This document shows positions 38,480 to 51,599 of a stretch of 64,000 bases of DNA, in pieces (the stretch's first letter is position 1; each line of letters opens with the position of its first letter). Position numbers and translations under genes: made by a program. Below the pieces are notes generated by a model. It made no database searches and had not been told where the DNA came from. It saw nothing but the letters and a program-made list of their open reading frames with translations. The DNA is from Mustelus asterias. Lineage: Eukaryota. Where the stretch lies: the NCBI RefSeq assembly GCF_964213995.1, contig NW_027590122.1, positions 1,922,001 to 1,986,000 on the forward strand, in the 5' to 3' direction.

Positions 38480-39490
38480 AAAGCAGGGAAGTTATGTTTC
38501 AGTTGCACAGGGCATTGGTTAGACATATCTGGAGCAGTGTGTACATTATTGGTTTCCTTATTTCAGGAAAAATATGAGTGCATATTATTCCTTAACTGCT
38601 TTACGAGAAGCAGTTCATAGAAGGTTTAGTAGATTAATACCTGGAATAGGTGGATTGTCTGATGAGGAGCAGTGAGACAGTCTCTGCTTGAGTTTAGCTT
38701 CTGCTCGACTTCAAAAGAGTAAGAGGCAACTTAATTTAAACCTTCAAGATTCTGAAAACTCTTGACAGGATGGATATGGAGAGAAGGGTTAAAGCAAATT
38801 ACTGCGGATGCTGGAATCTGAAACCAAAAGAGAAAATGCTGGAAAATCTCAGCAGGTCTGGTAGCATCTGTGGGGGAGAGAAAAGAGCTGAAGCTTCGAG
38901 TCCAGATGACCTTTTGTCAAAGCATAAAAAAGGTATAGAAAGTGGGAGATGTTTACACTGTGAGGGGATGAAAGATGGGTCCAAGCCACAGGAACCAGGG
39001 GAAAGGATGCTAATGGCAGTCTATAGAGAGAATAGAAAGTGTGAATGGCCAAACAGCAGAGAAGCTGAAGAAGTTGTGATGGATGAAGATGTGGGGGAGG
39101 GGAGGGTGGATTGGAGGGAGAAAAAAGGGGAAAGGCGAAGCAAAGGGGGAGAAAAGGTGCTGCCTGACCTGCTGAGATTTTCCAGCATTTTCTGTTTTGG
39201 ATCTGGAGAGGATGTTTACTCTCAGGGGAGAATCTAGGGAGTCGCTGTTTTAAAAAACAGCATTGCCCATTGAAAACAGAGATGAGATGTTTTTCTCTCA
39301 GAGGGTCATGAATCTTTGGATTCACGTTCTTCAAAAGTGGAAGTAGAGTCTGATTTCAATGAGATAAATCTCTTGGGGCGACAGGGATCAGGGTATTGAA
39401 TTTGATAATCAGCCATGACAATAATGAATGGCGGCGCACACTCGAAGGGCCGAACGGCCGACTCCCAGCTTCTATTTTCTATGTATGTTT
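38480..39490 (+). mobile_element. Degraded CR1 3' portion with a nested Penelope family-B repeat (38786-39198, minus strand)
   Basis: CR1 motifs on both sides; nested element has inverted copies of TGCTGGAAAATCTCAGCAGG and a hammerhead relic at 38885-38924. Confidence 0.7.
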
Positions 39491-39494
39491 CTAT

Positions 39495-39615
39495 GTAAGA
39501 AGTCTCACCAGGTTTACTTGGTAGCAAATACAAAATAAACCTGTTGGACTTTAACCTGGTGTTGTGAGACTTCTTACTGTGTTCACCCCAGTCCAACGCC
39601 GGCATCTCCACATCA
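39495..39615. mobile_element. Palindromic Penelope family-A fragment
   Basis: GTAAGAAGTCTCAC...AAATAAACCTGTTGGACTTTAACCTGGTGTTGTGAGACTTCTTAC. Confidence 0.8.
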
Positions 39616-39849
39616 TGTTTCTATGTAAACATGAGGAGCCTGGGGCTGAAGTGTAACCAAAAGCTGTGTAACCGCTTTAGGTAACTATACAGGGTTTTCA
39701 ACTCTCACACTGAATATGTACATGGCCCATGGACTCATCGAGGCTGCAAACAGCAGCTGCAGCCTGAGGGTGGGTGAAGCTGTTTAGAAACCTATTGCAC
39801 TTTGTGCTAATGGACCGGGAGCTCGGACCTGGAGGGGAAGCAGAAACAT

Positions 39850-40560
39850 GAAGCCCCGCCCACTCGCTGTTGCATCACCAAGACACCGCGCATGCGCTCT
39901 CCTCCCTGCTGAATCAAGATGGCGGCCGTTAACCTGAGTCTCGTCTCGGGAAAAAGACCGGAAGCTGCAAACACAGACCGACGGGCTCATTTTCGAGATT
40001 TGAGGCCTTGACCAGGTATTTAGAAACCCTCTACGTCCATCCGCCGGTTCCATTGCTCCCTCTACGTTTCCGCATCCTTACCGGCTGCTGATGAGACAGA
40101 GGAACTTCTCTCCGATTGCGATCACCCACACTGCGTGGGGCAAACGCCGTTGCTTACTGCGCATGCTCCAGACTGTAACATTACTGCGCATGCGAACCCC
40201 TTCCCGTGCGTTCTATGGGGACACCTCAGCCCCGCCCCTCATTCAGTCCGATTGGATGGAGGACCAGCCGCTCCCGCTCGGTCCTCCAGCCCGCCCCCTA
40301 TTCCTATTGGTCCGGAGCGGCCGTCAATCAGTCCCCGGGCATTGTGATGTGGAGCATGCGCAGTGTCATTGCTGTCCTTGGCGCTTGTTTGTCCCGGAGA
40401 AGTGGAGTCAGCGTTAGGCGGTGGCTGGGAGGATTTGGAAACACTTTGTGGATCCGCAAACCCTTCAGAATCATTGTCAGCTCCCTGGTTTGCAGCTGCG
40501 GGGCTTCTCCCTCCCTCCCTCCCGGGAACAGGCCCAGGTTAACGGCCCCATCCTGGCTCA
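39850..40560. promoter_or_regulatory. Probable bidirectional CpG promoter between the 35.6 kb (minus) and 41.3 kb (plus) ZNF genes
   Basis: GCGCATGCGC, CAAGATGGCGGC (YY1), two TGCGCATGC sites and the CCAAT/GC module. Confidence 0.75.
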
Positions 40561-41343
40561 GCCACTGGAGGATGGTTCACATCAGAGGATGGGGGAGGGG
40601 GACAATAAATAAGAGGTTACACTTTGGCCTCAAATCAATGAGGACTCTGATCTCTGGGAAGGAAGGAAACCCTGGGAGGTGGGCGGGGAGGATTCACAAA
40701 CACCCGCTGGAGGCCCCACCACCCCCAATAAGACCCATTGGTTTTATTGTCAGTCTGCAGACAGGAGCTGGAGAACTGAACCCAGACAGAGGAGAGGGAG
40801 GGAGAAAACTGGGAGTGGAGGAAAGAAATGGTGAGATGGGTTTGGATTTCAGCCCAGGGAGGAGGGAGAGTGTGTGGTACAGGGATTTACTGATTTGGGG
40901 GAACAAGAGAGGCAATTTTCTTTTTAGCATGGCCAATCAACCTAACCCGCACATCTTTGGACTGAATTTCTATCTCGATTGACCGTGACAATTTTTGTTA
41001 ACTCCTTTTACAGGTGAGGTGAGGAAACATCACATAAAAATCAGATTGAGTATCGACTTATTTGGACCTGAATATCCTGAGACTTTGAACGTGGAAGGAG
41101 AAATGTTTGTCTGTTCTGCCTGGAGGAGAAGATTTCAAACATCAGTGTGACTGGAAAAGCACTGAGACACACACACCCAAGTGAGAGTGTTCCAGTGAAC
41201 TGACTGGAAAAAGCTTAAACCAGTTACACAGCCTGAAAAAACATCACACCATTCACAGCTGGGAGAAACTGTACATATGTTGTGTGTGTGGACAAGACTT
41301 CAACTGATCATCCAACCTGGAGAGACACAAGGACACTGGCACT

Positions 41344-41877
41344 ATGGAGAAACCATGGAAATGTGAGGACTGTGGGAAGGGATTCAATTATCCTTCCCAT
41401 CTCGAAACTCATCGTCGCAGTCACACAGGAGAGAGACCGTTCATCTGCTGTGTGTGTGGAAAAGGTTTTGTTCAGTCACAACACCTGCAGTCACACCAAC
41501 GCTCTCATTCCAATAAGAGACATTTAAAATGTTCCAACTGTGAGAAGAGCTTTAAGAGCAAAAAGCACTTGAAACAGCACCAACACACACACACTGGAGA
41601 GAGGCCATTCATCTGCTCTGTGTGTGGGAAGGGATTCACTCAGTCAGCCACACTGATGAGACACCAGCAGACTCACACGGGAAAAAGGCCGTTCACCTGC
41701 TCAGTGTGTGGGAAAGGATTCATTCAGTCATCCACCCTGCTGAGGCATCAGCGGGTTCACACTGGGGAGAGGCCGTTCCCTTGCTCCAAGTGTGGGAAGG
41801 AATTCACTCGGTTAGACACTCTCAGTTTGCATCAACATGTTCACACTGAAAAATTACTTTTTAAACATTACGAATGA
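41344..41877 (+). CDS. C2H2 zinc-finger protein, 6 fingers (decayed extra fingers to about 41990)
   Basis: MEKPWKCEDC ORF of 177 aa. Confidence 0.82.
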   Translation: MEKPWKCEDCGKGFNYPSHLETHRRSHTGERPFICCVCGKGFVQSQHLQSHQRSHSNKRHLKCSNCEKSFKSKKHLKQHQHTHTGERPFICSVCGKGFTQSATLMRHQQTHTGKRPFTCSVCGKGFIQSSTLLRHQRVHTGERPFPCSKCGKEFTRLDTLSLHQHVHTEKLLFKHYE

Positions 41878-42476
41878 GAGAAGAGTGAGTTGCAGACACA
41901 CCAATGCATTTGTGTTGAAGAGTGGATGCTCACCTGCTCTGTCTGTGGGAAGGGACTTATTCAGTCACAACACCTATTGAGACATCAGTCAGTTTTTGTG
42001 CAAGGGTGGGATTCTGTCAATCACTTCCATTGTGTGTTTCTGCTCATGTTAAACTCCAACCCTGTTATAGGAGTTATTGATATTCTAGATAAATGTCACT
42101 AAGTCAGTTTTTATGGAAATGCGCAGTGCTGTGTTAATATTTCTCCAATGGAAGAGGAGACTAATTGATGTCCTGCTACCAGCTTCATTTGGGGCCTTTG
42201 CTCATTTCGAACTCTAGATTATTTCAGTTCTCACGCCTTCGGTTATTCTCGTGGACAATTCTCAGCTCCCCATATTTTCCAGAGTGTCTCTCCTGGTGCT
42301 GGGATCCAGGGAAGTTATCGGTCACAGTCCTGTGATCAGTAAAGCTAAAACCAAGTCTGCTTGTTGTTTTTGACTCTTGGACTTCACCCCTGTCCCAAAA
42401 CATCTCTCTCTTCTTTGACATGTGAATGGAACATGATGCCTGCAAACCTGGTTTAAATTGAAATCGTCTCAGCAAA

Positions 42477-43403
42477 TTTAACAGGAACCTGCAGGCTGAC
42501 GAGATTGTGTTACACTGTCAGTGTGTTCCTGTACAGCTCTGTATTTAACAGGAGCCTGCAGGCTGATGAGATTGTGTTACACTGTCGGTGTGTTCCTCTG
42601 CTGCTCTGTATTTAACAGGAGCCTGCAGGCTGATGAGACAGTGTAACACTATCAGTGTGTTCCTGTACTGCTCTGTATTTAACAGGAGCCTGCAGGCTGA
42701 TGAGACAGTGTAACACTATCAGTGTGTTCCTCTACTGCTCTGTATTTAACAGGAGCCTGCTGGCTGATGAGACTGTGTTACACTGTCAGTGTGTTCCTGT
42801 ACTGCTCTGTATTTAACAGGAGCCTGCAGGCTGATGAGACTGTGTTACACTGTCAGTGTGTTCCTGTACTGCTCTGTATTTAACAGGAGCCTGCAGGCTG
42901 ATGAGACTGTGTTACACTGTCAGTGTGTTCCTGTGCTGCTCTGTATTTAACAGGAGCCTGCAGGCTGATGAGACAGTGTTACACTGTCAGTGTGTTCCTG
43001 TACTGCTCTGTATTTAACAGGAACCTGCAGGCTGATGAGATTGTGTTACACTGTCAGTGTGTTCCTGTGCTGCTCTGTATTTAACAGGAGCCTGCAGGCT
43101 GATGAGACAGTGTAAACTGTCAGTGTGTTCCTGTACTGCTCTGTATTTAACAGGAACCTGCAGGCTGATGAGACTGTGTTACACTGTCAGTGTGTTCCTG
43201 TACTGCTCTGTATTTAACAGGAGCCTGCAGGCTGATGAGACAGTGTTACACTGTCAGCGTGTTCCTCTGCTGCTCTGTATTTAACAGGAGCCTGCAAGCT
43301 GATGAGACAGTGTTACACTGTCAGTGTGTTCCTGTACTGCTCTGTATTTAACAGGAGCCTGCAGGCTGATTAGACTCTTCTCCGGTCAGTGTGCTCCTGT
43401 ACA
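42477..43403. repeat. Tandem array of a 67-bp unit: 13 full copies plus a diverged 14th
   Basis: Unit TTTAACAGGAGCCTGCAGGCTGATGAGAC(A/T)GTGTTACACTGTCAGTGTGTTCCTGTACTGCTCTGTA starting at 42477, 42544, 42611 ... 43280, 43347; one unit is 66 bp. Confidence 0.97.
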
Positions 43404-45112
43404 GTGGAGCCTTTGCTGTTATGAAATGTGGGTGAAAAGTAATGAGCCTCATATCCTTGCTCATGTTGCTGTGATTGTGCAGAAAGGGGATGTGTAAAGA
43501 GCTGGTCTTTGTGTGGAGATATGAACCAAGGAAATGGTATGTGTTTGTGACAGTGACACAACCTGTGCTCACACTCAGAACAATGCACAGATATCATTCT
43601 GGTTACAGTTTGAACAGGGTCAGATCACAACTGTCGTGAACAATTTAAACATGAATATCTCTCGTGTAGCTGCAGCTTGTTAGATCAGAGCTGAGGAGGA
43701 GAGAGTTCTGAATCCACTGTATTATCTCTGTTCTCCAGACTGGGTAACTTTTTAAATCGAATGATATTTCATTCAAGAAACAGGATCACAGCCAAAAGGC
43801 TGAATTGCTTTGTAACTTGTATCAAAAAATCATAAAATTCAGGTACAGACTAAATAATCATGTTAAACACATGGAAACTGTGACAATCCAGTAATAATAA
43901 CAATTAACAAATTCATCAGGTAATAGGAAAGTGGTAAACAGGATATTAAAGAAGGAATATTGAATTAGATTATGTTAAAATTACAGACCAATACACCATT
44001 ACAGGCTCGGAGATGCATATAAATTTCATATAAAAGGCAGGCAGTGGCAGAGTGATATTGTCGCTGGACTAGTAATCAAGAGTCCCAGGTAATACTTCAG
44101 GGACCAGGGTTCGAATCCCAGCACGGCAGGTGGTGAAATCTGAATTCAATAAAAATCTGGAGTTAAAAGTCTCATGACCATGAAACTGTTGTCGATTGTT
44201 GTAAAAAAAACCCATCTGGTTCACGAATGTGTTTAGGGAAGGAAATCTGCCGTCCTTACCTGGTCTGGCACATCTTTGACTCCAGATCCACAGCAATGTG
44301 GTTGACTCTTAAATGCCCTCTGCAATGGCCTAGCAATCCGCTCAGTTCAAGGGTAATTAGGGTGGGTACTAAATGCTGGCCAAGCCAGTGACATCCACAT
44401 CCCATGAATGAATTTTTAAAAAGTACTTCACTGAGTACTGGAACCATGTGAGGAATTACTCTGTCTGTATTATTGCAGTGCTGTTAATAAAGTCAGTAAA
44501 AGACAATCTGTTGTTGGGAGCTTGATTATCAGCGGCTGAAACCACAAGGTTCAATATTTAGAGTCAATAAGATGAACAAAGAAACACATCAGGGCCCAAT
44601 ACTCCAGCTGGATATTCACAGGAGAAAGTCTGGTATCTAAAACCTTGAGTGGAGAGAACAGAGAAAGATCCCAACTGTAAAAAACCCTCAAATTATTTAT
44701 AAATAGTTTTCTAATGTTGACAGATTTCAAGTCAGTTTCTATCACTGAAGTCAATGGCAGGTGAGAGATGGCCAAAGGTTCCAGATAGAAATGTAACTTG
44801 ATGTTATCATTACCTTACATTGGTAGATTCAGGATTTTCACACAAACATTTTCAATCTTCGTACTATTTTCAGACTGTAAAGTTAAACCTGCCGTTTTAC
44901 TTTGTCAGGAACAGATCCCAGTTTTACACCAATCTCTGATTTGACACCATGTTTCCAGCATTCTTTCTGACTCTAAATATAGTTGTAAAGGAGCTTCTGT
45001 TCCATATCTAAGAGCTCTAAACCATGGAAGAGAGTGGCTTTCTTACACACATCAGGATTAACCCACACATTCAGTCTTCAATATGATTAAAAGCAGAATC
45101 TAATTCTTGCAG

Positions 45113-46223
45113 TCATTTGTGAACTCGCTGGTGTGTCACAAGCTGTGATGACAGAGTGAATCAAAGAACAAAGAACAGTACAGCACAGGAAACAGGCCCT
45201 TCGACCCTCCAAGCCTGTGCCGCTCCTTGGTCCAACTAGACCAATCGTTTGTATCCCTCCATTCCCTTCCCACACATTGAGCAGGTGAACGGCCTCTCCC
45301 CAGTGTGAACTCGCTGGTGTCTCAGCAGATGGGATGACTGAGTGAATCCCTTCCCACAGTCAGAGCAGGTGAACGGCCTCTCTCCAGTGTGAACTTTCTG
45401 GTGTTTCAGGAGTTGGGATGACTGAGAGAATCTTTTCCCACATACGGAGCAGGTGAATGGCCCCTCCCCAGTGTAAACTCGCTGGTGTTTGAGGAGTTGG
45501 GATGACTGAGAGAATCTTTTCCCACAAACGGAGCAGGTGAATGGTCTCTCCCCAGTGTGAACTCGCTGGTGCAACAGAAGCTGGTATGACTGAGTGAATC
45601 CCTTCCCACACTCAGAGCAGATGAATGGCCTCTCCCCAGTGTGAACCTGCTGGTGTGTCCGAAGGTGGTGTGGTTGAGTGAATCACTTTCCACACACAGA
45701 GCAGATGAATGGCCTCGCCCCAGTGTGACTTCGCTGGTGTGTGAGCAAGTCAGATGACTGAACAAATCTCTTCCCACACTCAGAGCAGATGAACAGTCTC
45801 TCCCCAGTGTGAAGTCGTTCGTGTATTTGCAGATACCTTTTGCTCTTAAAGCTCTTATCGCAGTCAGAACATTAAAAAAGTCTCTGATCACTGTGTACAT
45901 GTTGATGTTCAGTGAGCTGGCATGACTGAGTGAATTCGTTGCCACACACAGGCCTGATGAATGCGCTCTCCTCAGTGTGAACTTGCTCATGCGCCAGCAG
46001 GTCACGAGTCAGCAAATTCCTTCCCACACATGGAGCATCTGAACGGCCTCTCCCCAGAATGAACTGGCTGGTGTGTCGACAGACTGGATAACTGAGTAAA
46101 TCCATCTCCACACATGGAGAAGGTGAACGGTCCCTCCGCAGTGTGACTGTATTGATCATTTCCCAGTTCAAATGGGAACATTAATCCCATCCCACAATCA
46201 CCATATGTCCATGCTTTCTCCAT
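45113..46223 (-). pseudogene. C2H2 ZNF pseudogene (about 12 fingers)
   Basis: Degenerate leader finger, frameshift near 46005, TAA at 45872, CR1 3' fragment inserted in the last finger. Confidence 0.88.
45163..45264 (-). mobile_element. About 100-bp 5'-truncated CR1 3'UTR inserted in a zinc finger
   Basis: Splits GGGAAGGGA|TTCACT; TGTTCTTTGTTCTTT tail; matches 48278-48378. Confidence 0.88.
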
Positions 46224-46567
46224 AATTCAGTTATTCATTTGTCTCTCCAGGTTGGATGTTCAGTTGGAGCCTCACACAGAATACCTGTACATTTCTCCGC
46301 ATTGTGAAAGGTATGATGTTTTTTCAGGCTGTGTAACTGGTCTTTCCACAGTCAGGTCACTGGAACACTCACTCAGGTGAGTGTGTGTGTCTTGATGCTT
46401 TTCCAGTCACACTGATGTTTGAAATCTTTTCCCGCAGACAGAACTAACATTTCTCCTTCCACATTCAGAGGTCGATGATATTCAGTCCCTGATGAATCGA
46501 GTGATTCTGTCAGATTTTGACATGACGTTTGTTCTGACTTTCCCATCTGGAACTCCTCTCCCTCTAA

Positions 46568-46790
46568 CGACACAGTAGCACAGTGGTTAGCACTGCTGCT
46601 TCACAGCTCCAGGGACCTGGGTTCGATTTCCGGCTCGGGTCACTATCTGTGTGGAGTTTGCACATTTTCCTCATGTCTGCATGGGTTTCCTCCGGGTGCT
46701 CCAGTTTTCTCCCACAGTCCAAAGATGTGCGGGTTCGGTTGATTGGCCATGCTAAAATTGCCCCTTAGTGTCCTGGGATGCGTGGATTAG
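46568..46790 (+). mobile_element. HE1-like SINE (3'-truncated) at the start of the ZNF leader exon
   Basis: A/B boxes and core. Confidence 0.88.
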
Positions 46791-47904
46791 ATACCTCTGA
46801 ACAAAAAAACTGAATTTGAAAATCTGGCCACTGCCTGAAGTATTGGAACCACGCAGGGATGATAAGATCTTCAGACAGAGACACCACCCCCCCACCCCCA
46901 AACACACACGCACACATGCACCCGCACACACACGCACTTCATGATCTGTTGGTAAGATTTCCTGAAACCCCAGAAGCTGGCTTTTATCAGGTGGCACATG
47001 GGACATTATACTGGGATAGCAGTGTTAGTGTGTAGATGTGATATGTTATATGTGGTTTAATTAACCTGTGGAAATGCCTGGTGAAGCTGCATTGAAGAAC
47101 GGGTCCCTGATATGCTCAGCTGATCTAACAGAACAACATTGACTGATTAATGTGGTCAGTAGAATGGGACAACATTTTAAATCATCAAGGTATTGACACA
47201 GACTCCACAGACAAACTGACGTTAAAATAAACAGGACAGAATTAAAGACACTGAAATCGATCAGAAGAGTAAAATTAAACTGAAGAGGCATATAGAAAAT
47301 ATCCACAAGATGGATTTGGGTGAAAAGGGAGTTGAGAATCTTTAAAGTTGAACTTTTGTTTCAACCAGAGGTACTTACCACAAATCAGTAATATAGATTT
47401 GCAAGTGATGATCTACAGTTCAGGATAAATCAACGTCAACCGGTATCACATTTTAGTGAAAATGTGTTTCTGTTGCTGATTCTGATCATTCTCGTTGCTT
47501 TAATATGTCATCAATATTAAGTAATCAAGAAATTAGGGAAAAACAATTGTAGCTTCGGAATAGCTGCATTAATCAGAAATCAGTTTGTGAGAATCAATAA
47601 GAATTTTCCCTTCTCAAGGTGGGAGATTGACAACTGATAGAATATGAAGGCATTTCTTAAATATTACCGGAATGGTTCATTCCCCCTCTCACTTCCATAG
47701 CAGTTGCTGGGTGACAAACACAGGACAGGCCTGTTATCACTGTCCAGGATATGTCTCCCTCACAGACAATGAAACAAGATATTTCTAACTCTGATACAAT
47801 TTGATCTCATGACTTGGATGGCCAGCCATGATCCTCATGAATGGTGGAGCAGGCTTGTAGGGCCAAATGGCCTCCTCCTGCTCCTATTTTCTCTGTTTCT
47901 ACAA

Positions 47905-48378
47905 GTAAAGAGAGTGCAGAGGAGGTTTACCAGGATGTTGCCTGGTATGGAAAGGCTTAGTTATAAGGAGAGATTGGGTAAACTGGGGTTGTTCTCACTG
48001 GAAAGACGGAGGATGAGGGGTGACCTAATAGAGGTGTATAAAATTATGAAAGGCATAGATAGGGTGAACAGTGGGAAGCTTTTTCCCAGGTCGGTGGTGA
48101 CGTTCACGAGGGGTCATAGGTTCAAGGTGAGGTGGGGGGGAGGTTTAACACGGATATCAGAAGGACGTATTTTACACAGAGGGTGGTGGGGGCCTGGAAT
48201 GCGCTGCCGGGCAAGGTGGTGGAGGCAGACACACTGGGAACGTTTAAGACTTATCTAGATAGCCACATGAACGGAGTGGGAATGGAGGGATACAAAAGAA
48301 TGGTCTAGTTTGGACCAGGGAGCGGCGCGGGCTTGGAGGGCCGAAGGGCCTGTTCCTGTGCTGTATTGTTCTTTGTTA
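47905..48378 (+). mobile_element. CR1 LINE 3' end
   Basis: RVQRRFTRMLPG...LFSLERRRMRGDLIEVYK. Confidence 0.9.
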
Positions 48379-48874
48379 AACTATTTGTGTTAAGGTTAAA
48401 ACAGGCTCTCAAGGAAAATAACCATCACTTTGGACAAGGAAGAGATTTCAAAGTGATCTTCAGCCCAACATCCATTCTCTGGTTCACACCAGTGAACAGT
48501 TCAGAGGAGACTGAAGCTATTAGCAATGGAGACCAACATTTAATCTGTGTCATTGGTTTGTCCTCGGGAACTGGGAAACTGCTCTCACAGTCATGGATCA
48601 ATTTTTTTTTTCATTCCATTATGCATCATTATTAGCTGTTGTTTCATAATAAACCAATCTAAAACTCACACATGAGCTCAAGCCCCTCTTTTGGGTCATC
48701 AGATTCCCCTGGATCAAGTCTTACCAAACACTGCGTGCACTTCCAGTTGCCATATTAAAAAAAGTTGAGGCATTAGAAAGGGAACAGAGAAAATTTACAA
48801 TAATTATATCAGAAATGTGTAGGTACTAGATTCTAGGAAAGGATCGACAACCTGGGTCTCTTTTTGTTCAGACT

Positions 48875-50150
48875 GCAAAAGCTTCAATCCACCAAGCGAA
48901 CTACTAGGATATACCCGTTCCCTCCATTTACTGTGGATAATGGGCCTGTATAATCAACCTGCAAAGTTTCCCAGGGAACATCATTCAGATGGGATGTGTC
49001 CATTTGGACATTTTATTTCACAGAGTCAGATTAATTTGGACACAGGTTCAGGTGGTGAGGAACATCCTCGTGCTTCCTCAGCCACCGGTAGTAATTATGA
49101 ACATAAGAATGAATCAAAAGAGAAACACTTCCTAATTTAATCCCGAAACTAAACTAGTTGTTTTGTAAGACATCACAATGCAGCAAGTTAAATTCAATCC
49201 ACCTTGTAGGATTGTTGAGTCCTTACTCGCTGTGAGCCATAAGGGAAAGTTGTTCCTATGGTGTACGGCCTATCTGACCACAGTCACATCAGAGTCAGGA
49301 TCGTGACAAGTTTTAAAATCAGGTTTAACTGGAGTCTGTCAGACCAGTGTTAATGATTATGTTTTGGGTGAAGCCCATGGAATCTCCTCTAAAGCAGCTT
49401 TCTTGGTGAGTCAGTCTGCCTGGTTCTTACCATCACCCTCTTCACTAACTCCTGCTGCTGATCTACCTTCACCTTACAAATAGCAATTTGTCCCGGACAC
49501 TTACCAGCAACTTCCCCAATCATTCAGAGTTTGGAATGGTGGGCGATTTTTTTTTGCCAGAGAAGCTGTTTCCAGTGAAGGAGGTCCAACTAATGAAACT
49601 TTCAGAATAATTGGTGATTCTATCAGTAATGGGCTGTATTGATGATGTCCTCAGATTTCTGGGCTAAATATTGTGGTGCCAATTTAATCAGGATGCCACA
49701 TACTGTCACTGGAAATCAACGACACAGCACCAGACTGACATGGACCTGATTCATAAAACCCAGATCAATCTACGAACTCTAATAGTCAAACAGGGATATG
49801 ACTTTAACAGGATTGGACTTTGTCTCTTTCTTCTGAGAGGTATGTGGGATTCTTTAATGCTTCAATATCCCAGCCTAGTGATAATTGTGAAGTTTCAGGA
49901 TATTAATGTCTTTACTTTGTAATCTCACAATTTGTCTACTCTTTAACACCAGGAGCACTCCCTTTATTCACAATGTTACCATGGCTTGTCCAGTCTGTAG
50001 AATCATCCAATTAAATTCTAACAGGTACTCTGTGCGTTTCACTCCAGTGAGCATTTAATATATGCTTAATAAACGGGACAATCAATCTTTGCACACAGGT
50101 GAATGTGTCTGAGATGTATCAACCTGGAATACCTTTTCCATTAAGCTCTC
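48875..50150 (-). mobile_element. Highly degraded retroviral-type pol (RNase H followed by integrase)
   Basis: Manual minus-strand translation gives FVD*SGFYESG, LAQKSE, IAICKVK..GKNQAD*LTKKAA and PWETLQVDYTGPL..GYILVV in retroviral order. Confidence 0.65.
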
Positions 50151-50175
50151 AGTTCATGAGAGCATATATATATTT

Positions 50176-50725
50176 GAGTCATAGAGGTTTACAGCCTGGA
50201 AACAGGCCCTTTGGCCCAACTTGTCCATGCCGCCCTTTTTTTTTAAACCCCTAAGCTAATCCCAATTGCCCACATTTGGCCCATATCCCTCTATACACAT
50301 TGTACCCATGTAACTATCTAAATGCAAAGACAAAATTGTACCCGCCTCTACTACTACCTCTGGCAGCTTGTTCCAGACACTCACCACCCTCTGTGTGAAA
50401 TGATTGCCCCTCTGGACACTTTTGTATCTCTCCTCTCTCACATTAAACCTATGCCCTCTAGTTTGAGACTCCCCTACCTTTGGGAAAAGATATTGACTAT
50501 CTAGCTGATATGTGCCCCTCATTATTTTATAGACCTCGATAAGATCACCCCTCAGCCTCCTATGCTCCAGAGAAAAAAGTCCCATCTATCCAGCCTCTCC
50601 TTATAACTCAATCCATCAAGTCCCTGTAGCATCCGAGTAAATCTTTTCTGCACTCTTTCTAGTTTAATAACATCCTTTCTATAATAGGGTGACCAGAATT
50701 GCACACAGTATTCCAAACGGGGTCT
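50176..50725 (-). mobile_element. CR1 LINE 3' portion
   Basis: ORFs 50256-50585 and 50552-50842; same subfamily as 2965-3885. Confidence 0.92.
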
Positions 50726-51094
50726 TATTGTTCTGACTTTGCCAACAGGGCTATGGAATTTATTGGATAGATCTTCCAAAGGCCAGCACAGGCATACTGA
50801 GCTAAATGGTTTCCATCTGTGCTGTATCATTCTGTAAAACAATGAATATTCAGAATCAGGAAGAGACAGAACGAGAGGAACCAGTGACTGTGCGATTGAA
50901 TCCAGCCAGAGTCAGCACCATCAGGGAAGGGGAAAGAGAGGAGACAGTGTTAAAGCTTCTAAATTTCTGTGTCGTCCCACAGGAGGACTTTGAGAAATTT
51001 AACATAGCAGATCATCAATTCGCAATAATTTGCGTTTTTAAAAATTAATTTATCTCAATCGCCAACAATGTTATTTTATATTCACTGTTTGAGG

Positions 51095-51590
51095 TTACAA
51101 TGGCGCTGCTGTTAACCACCATTCCTTGCGGGTGTGAAAGTACCCTATTCACTCCACAGGAGCCAATGCGCATGCGCGATGTTGTATGTGGAGCATGCGC
51201 ATTATCACTTTGCTCGGAGCCCTGCGAGTGCGGGAGTCGCTTTTTTCAACGGGTGAGAGTGTGTGGGGCGGAGGGAAGAATGAAGCCGGGAGTCAGGGTG
51301 GGGAGGGAGTGGAGGCTTCACAAACACCTGCTGTAGGCCGCAAGGTCCGAATAAGAGCCTGCGGGTCCCGGGTTTGCAGCTGCGGGGATTTTATCCGGGA
51401 TCAGGCCCAGTGCCGCGGCCGCCATCTTTGTTCAGCGGGGAGCAGAGCGCATGCGCGATCAGTCGGCGGTGCTTCAGGGTCCCGGTGACCAGGAGAGGGA
51501 AGGTTTGACTCACTGACTGACAGGGCGGGTTAATTGGCGCTCTCTTCAGAGAGGGAAGGTGCTGCAGGGCGAATGTGCGGCCACCCGAAT
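51095..51590 (+). promoter_or_regulatory. CpG promoter/exon 1 for the 52-54 kb ZNF units
   Basis: CCAATGCGCATGCGC, GCATGCGCA, GGCCGCCATCTTT (YY1), GCGCATGCGC and CAGGGTCCCGGTGACCAGGAGAG. Confidence 0.75.
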
Positions 51591-51599
51591 AACAGAAGA

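Noticed and set aside
40206-40982. 258-aa ORF and its 202-aa relative at 59600-60208 as a new protein family
   Set aside because: GC-rich promoter DNA with non-ATG or differing starts; the similarity reflects recent DNA duplication and the frames diverge outside the shared block
42477-43403. CRISPR array or canonical hammerhead satellite
   Set aside because: No unique spacers, no cas genes and a vertebrate context; the GAAA and UH core nucleotides are absent
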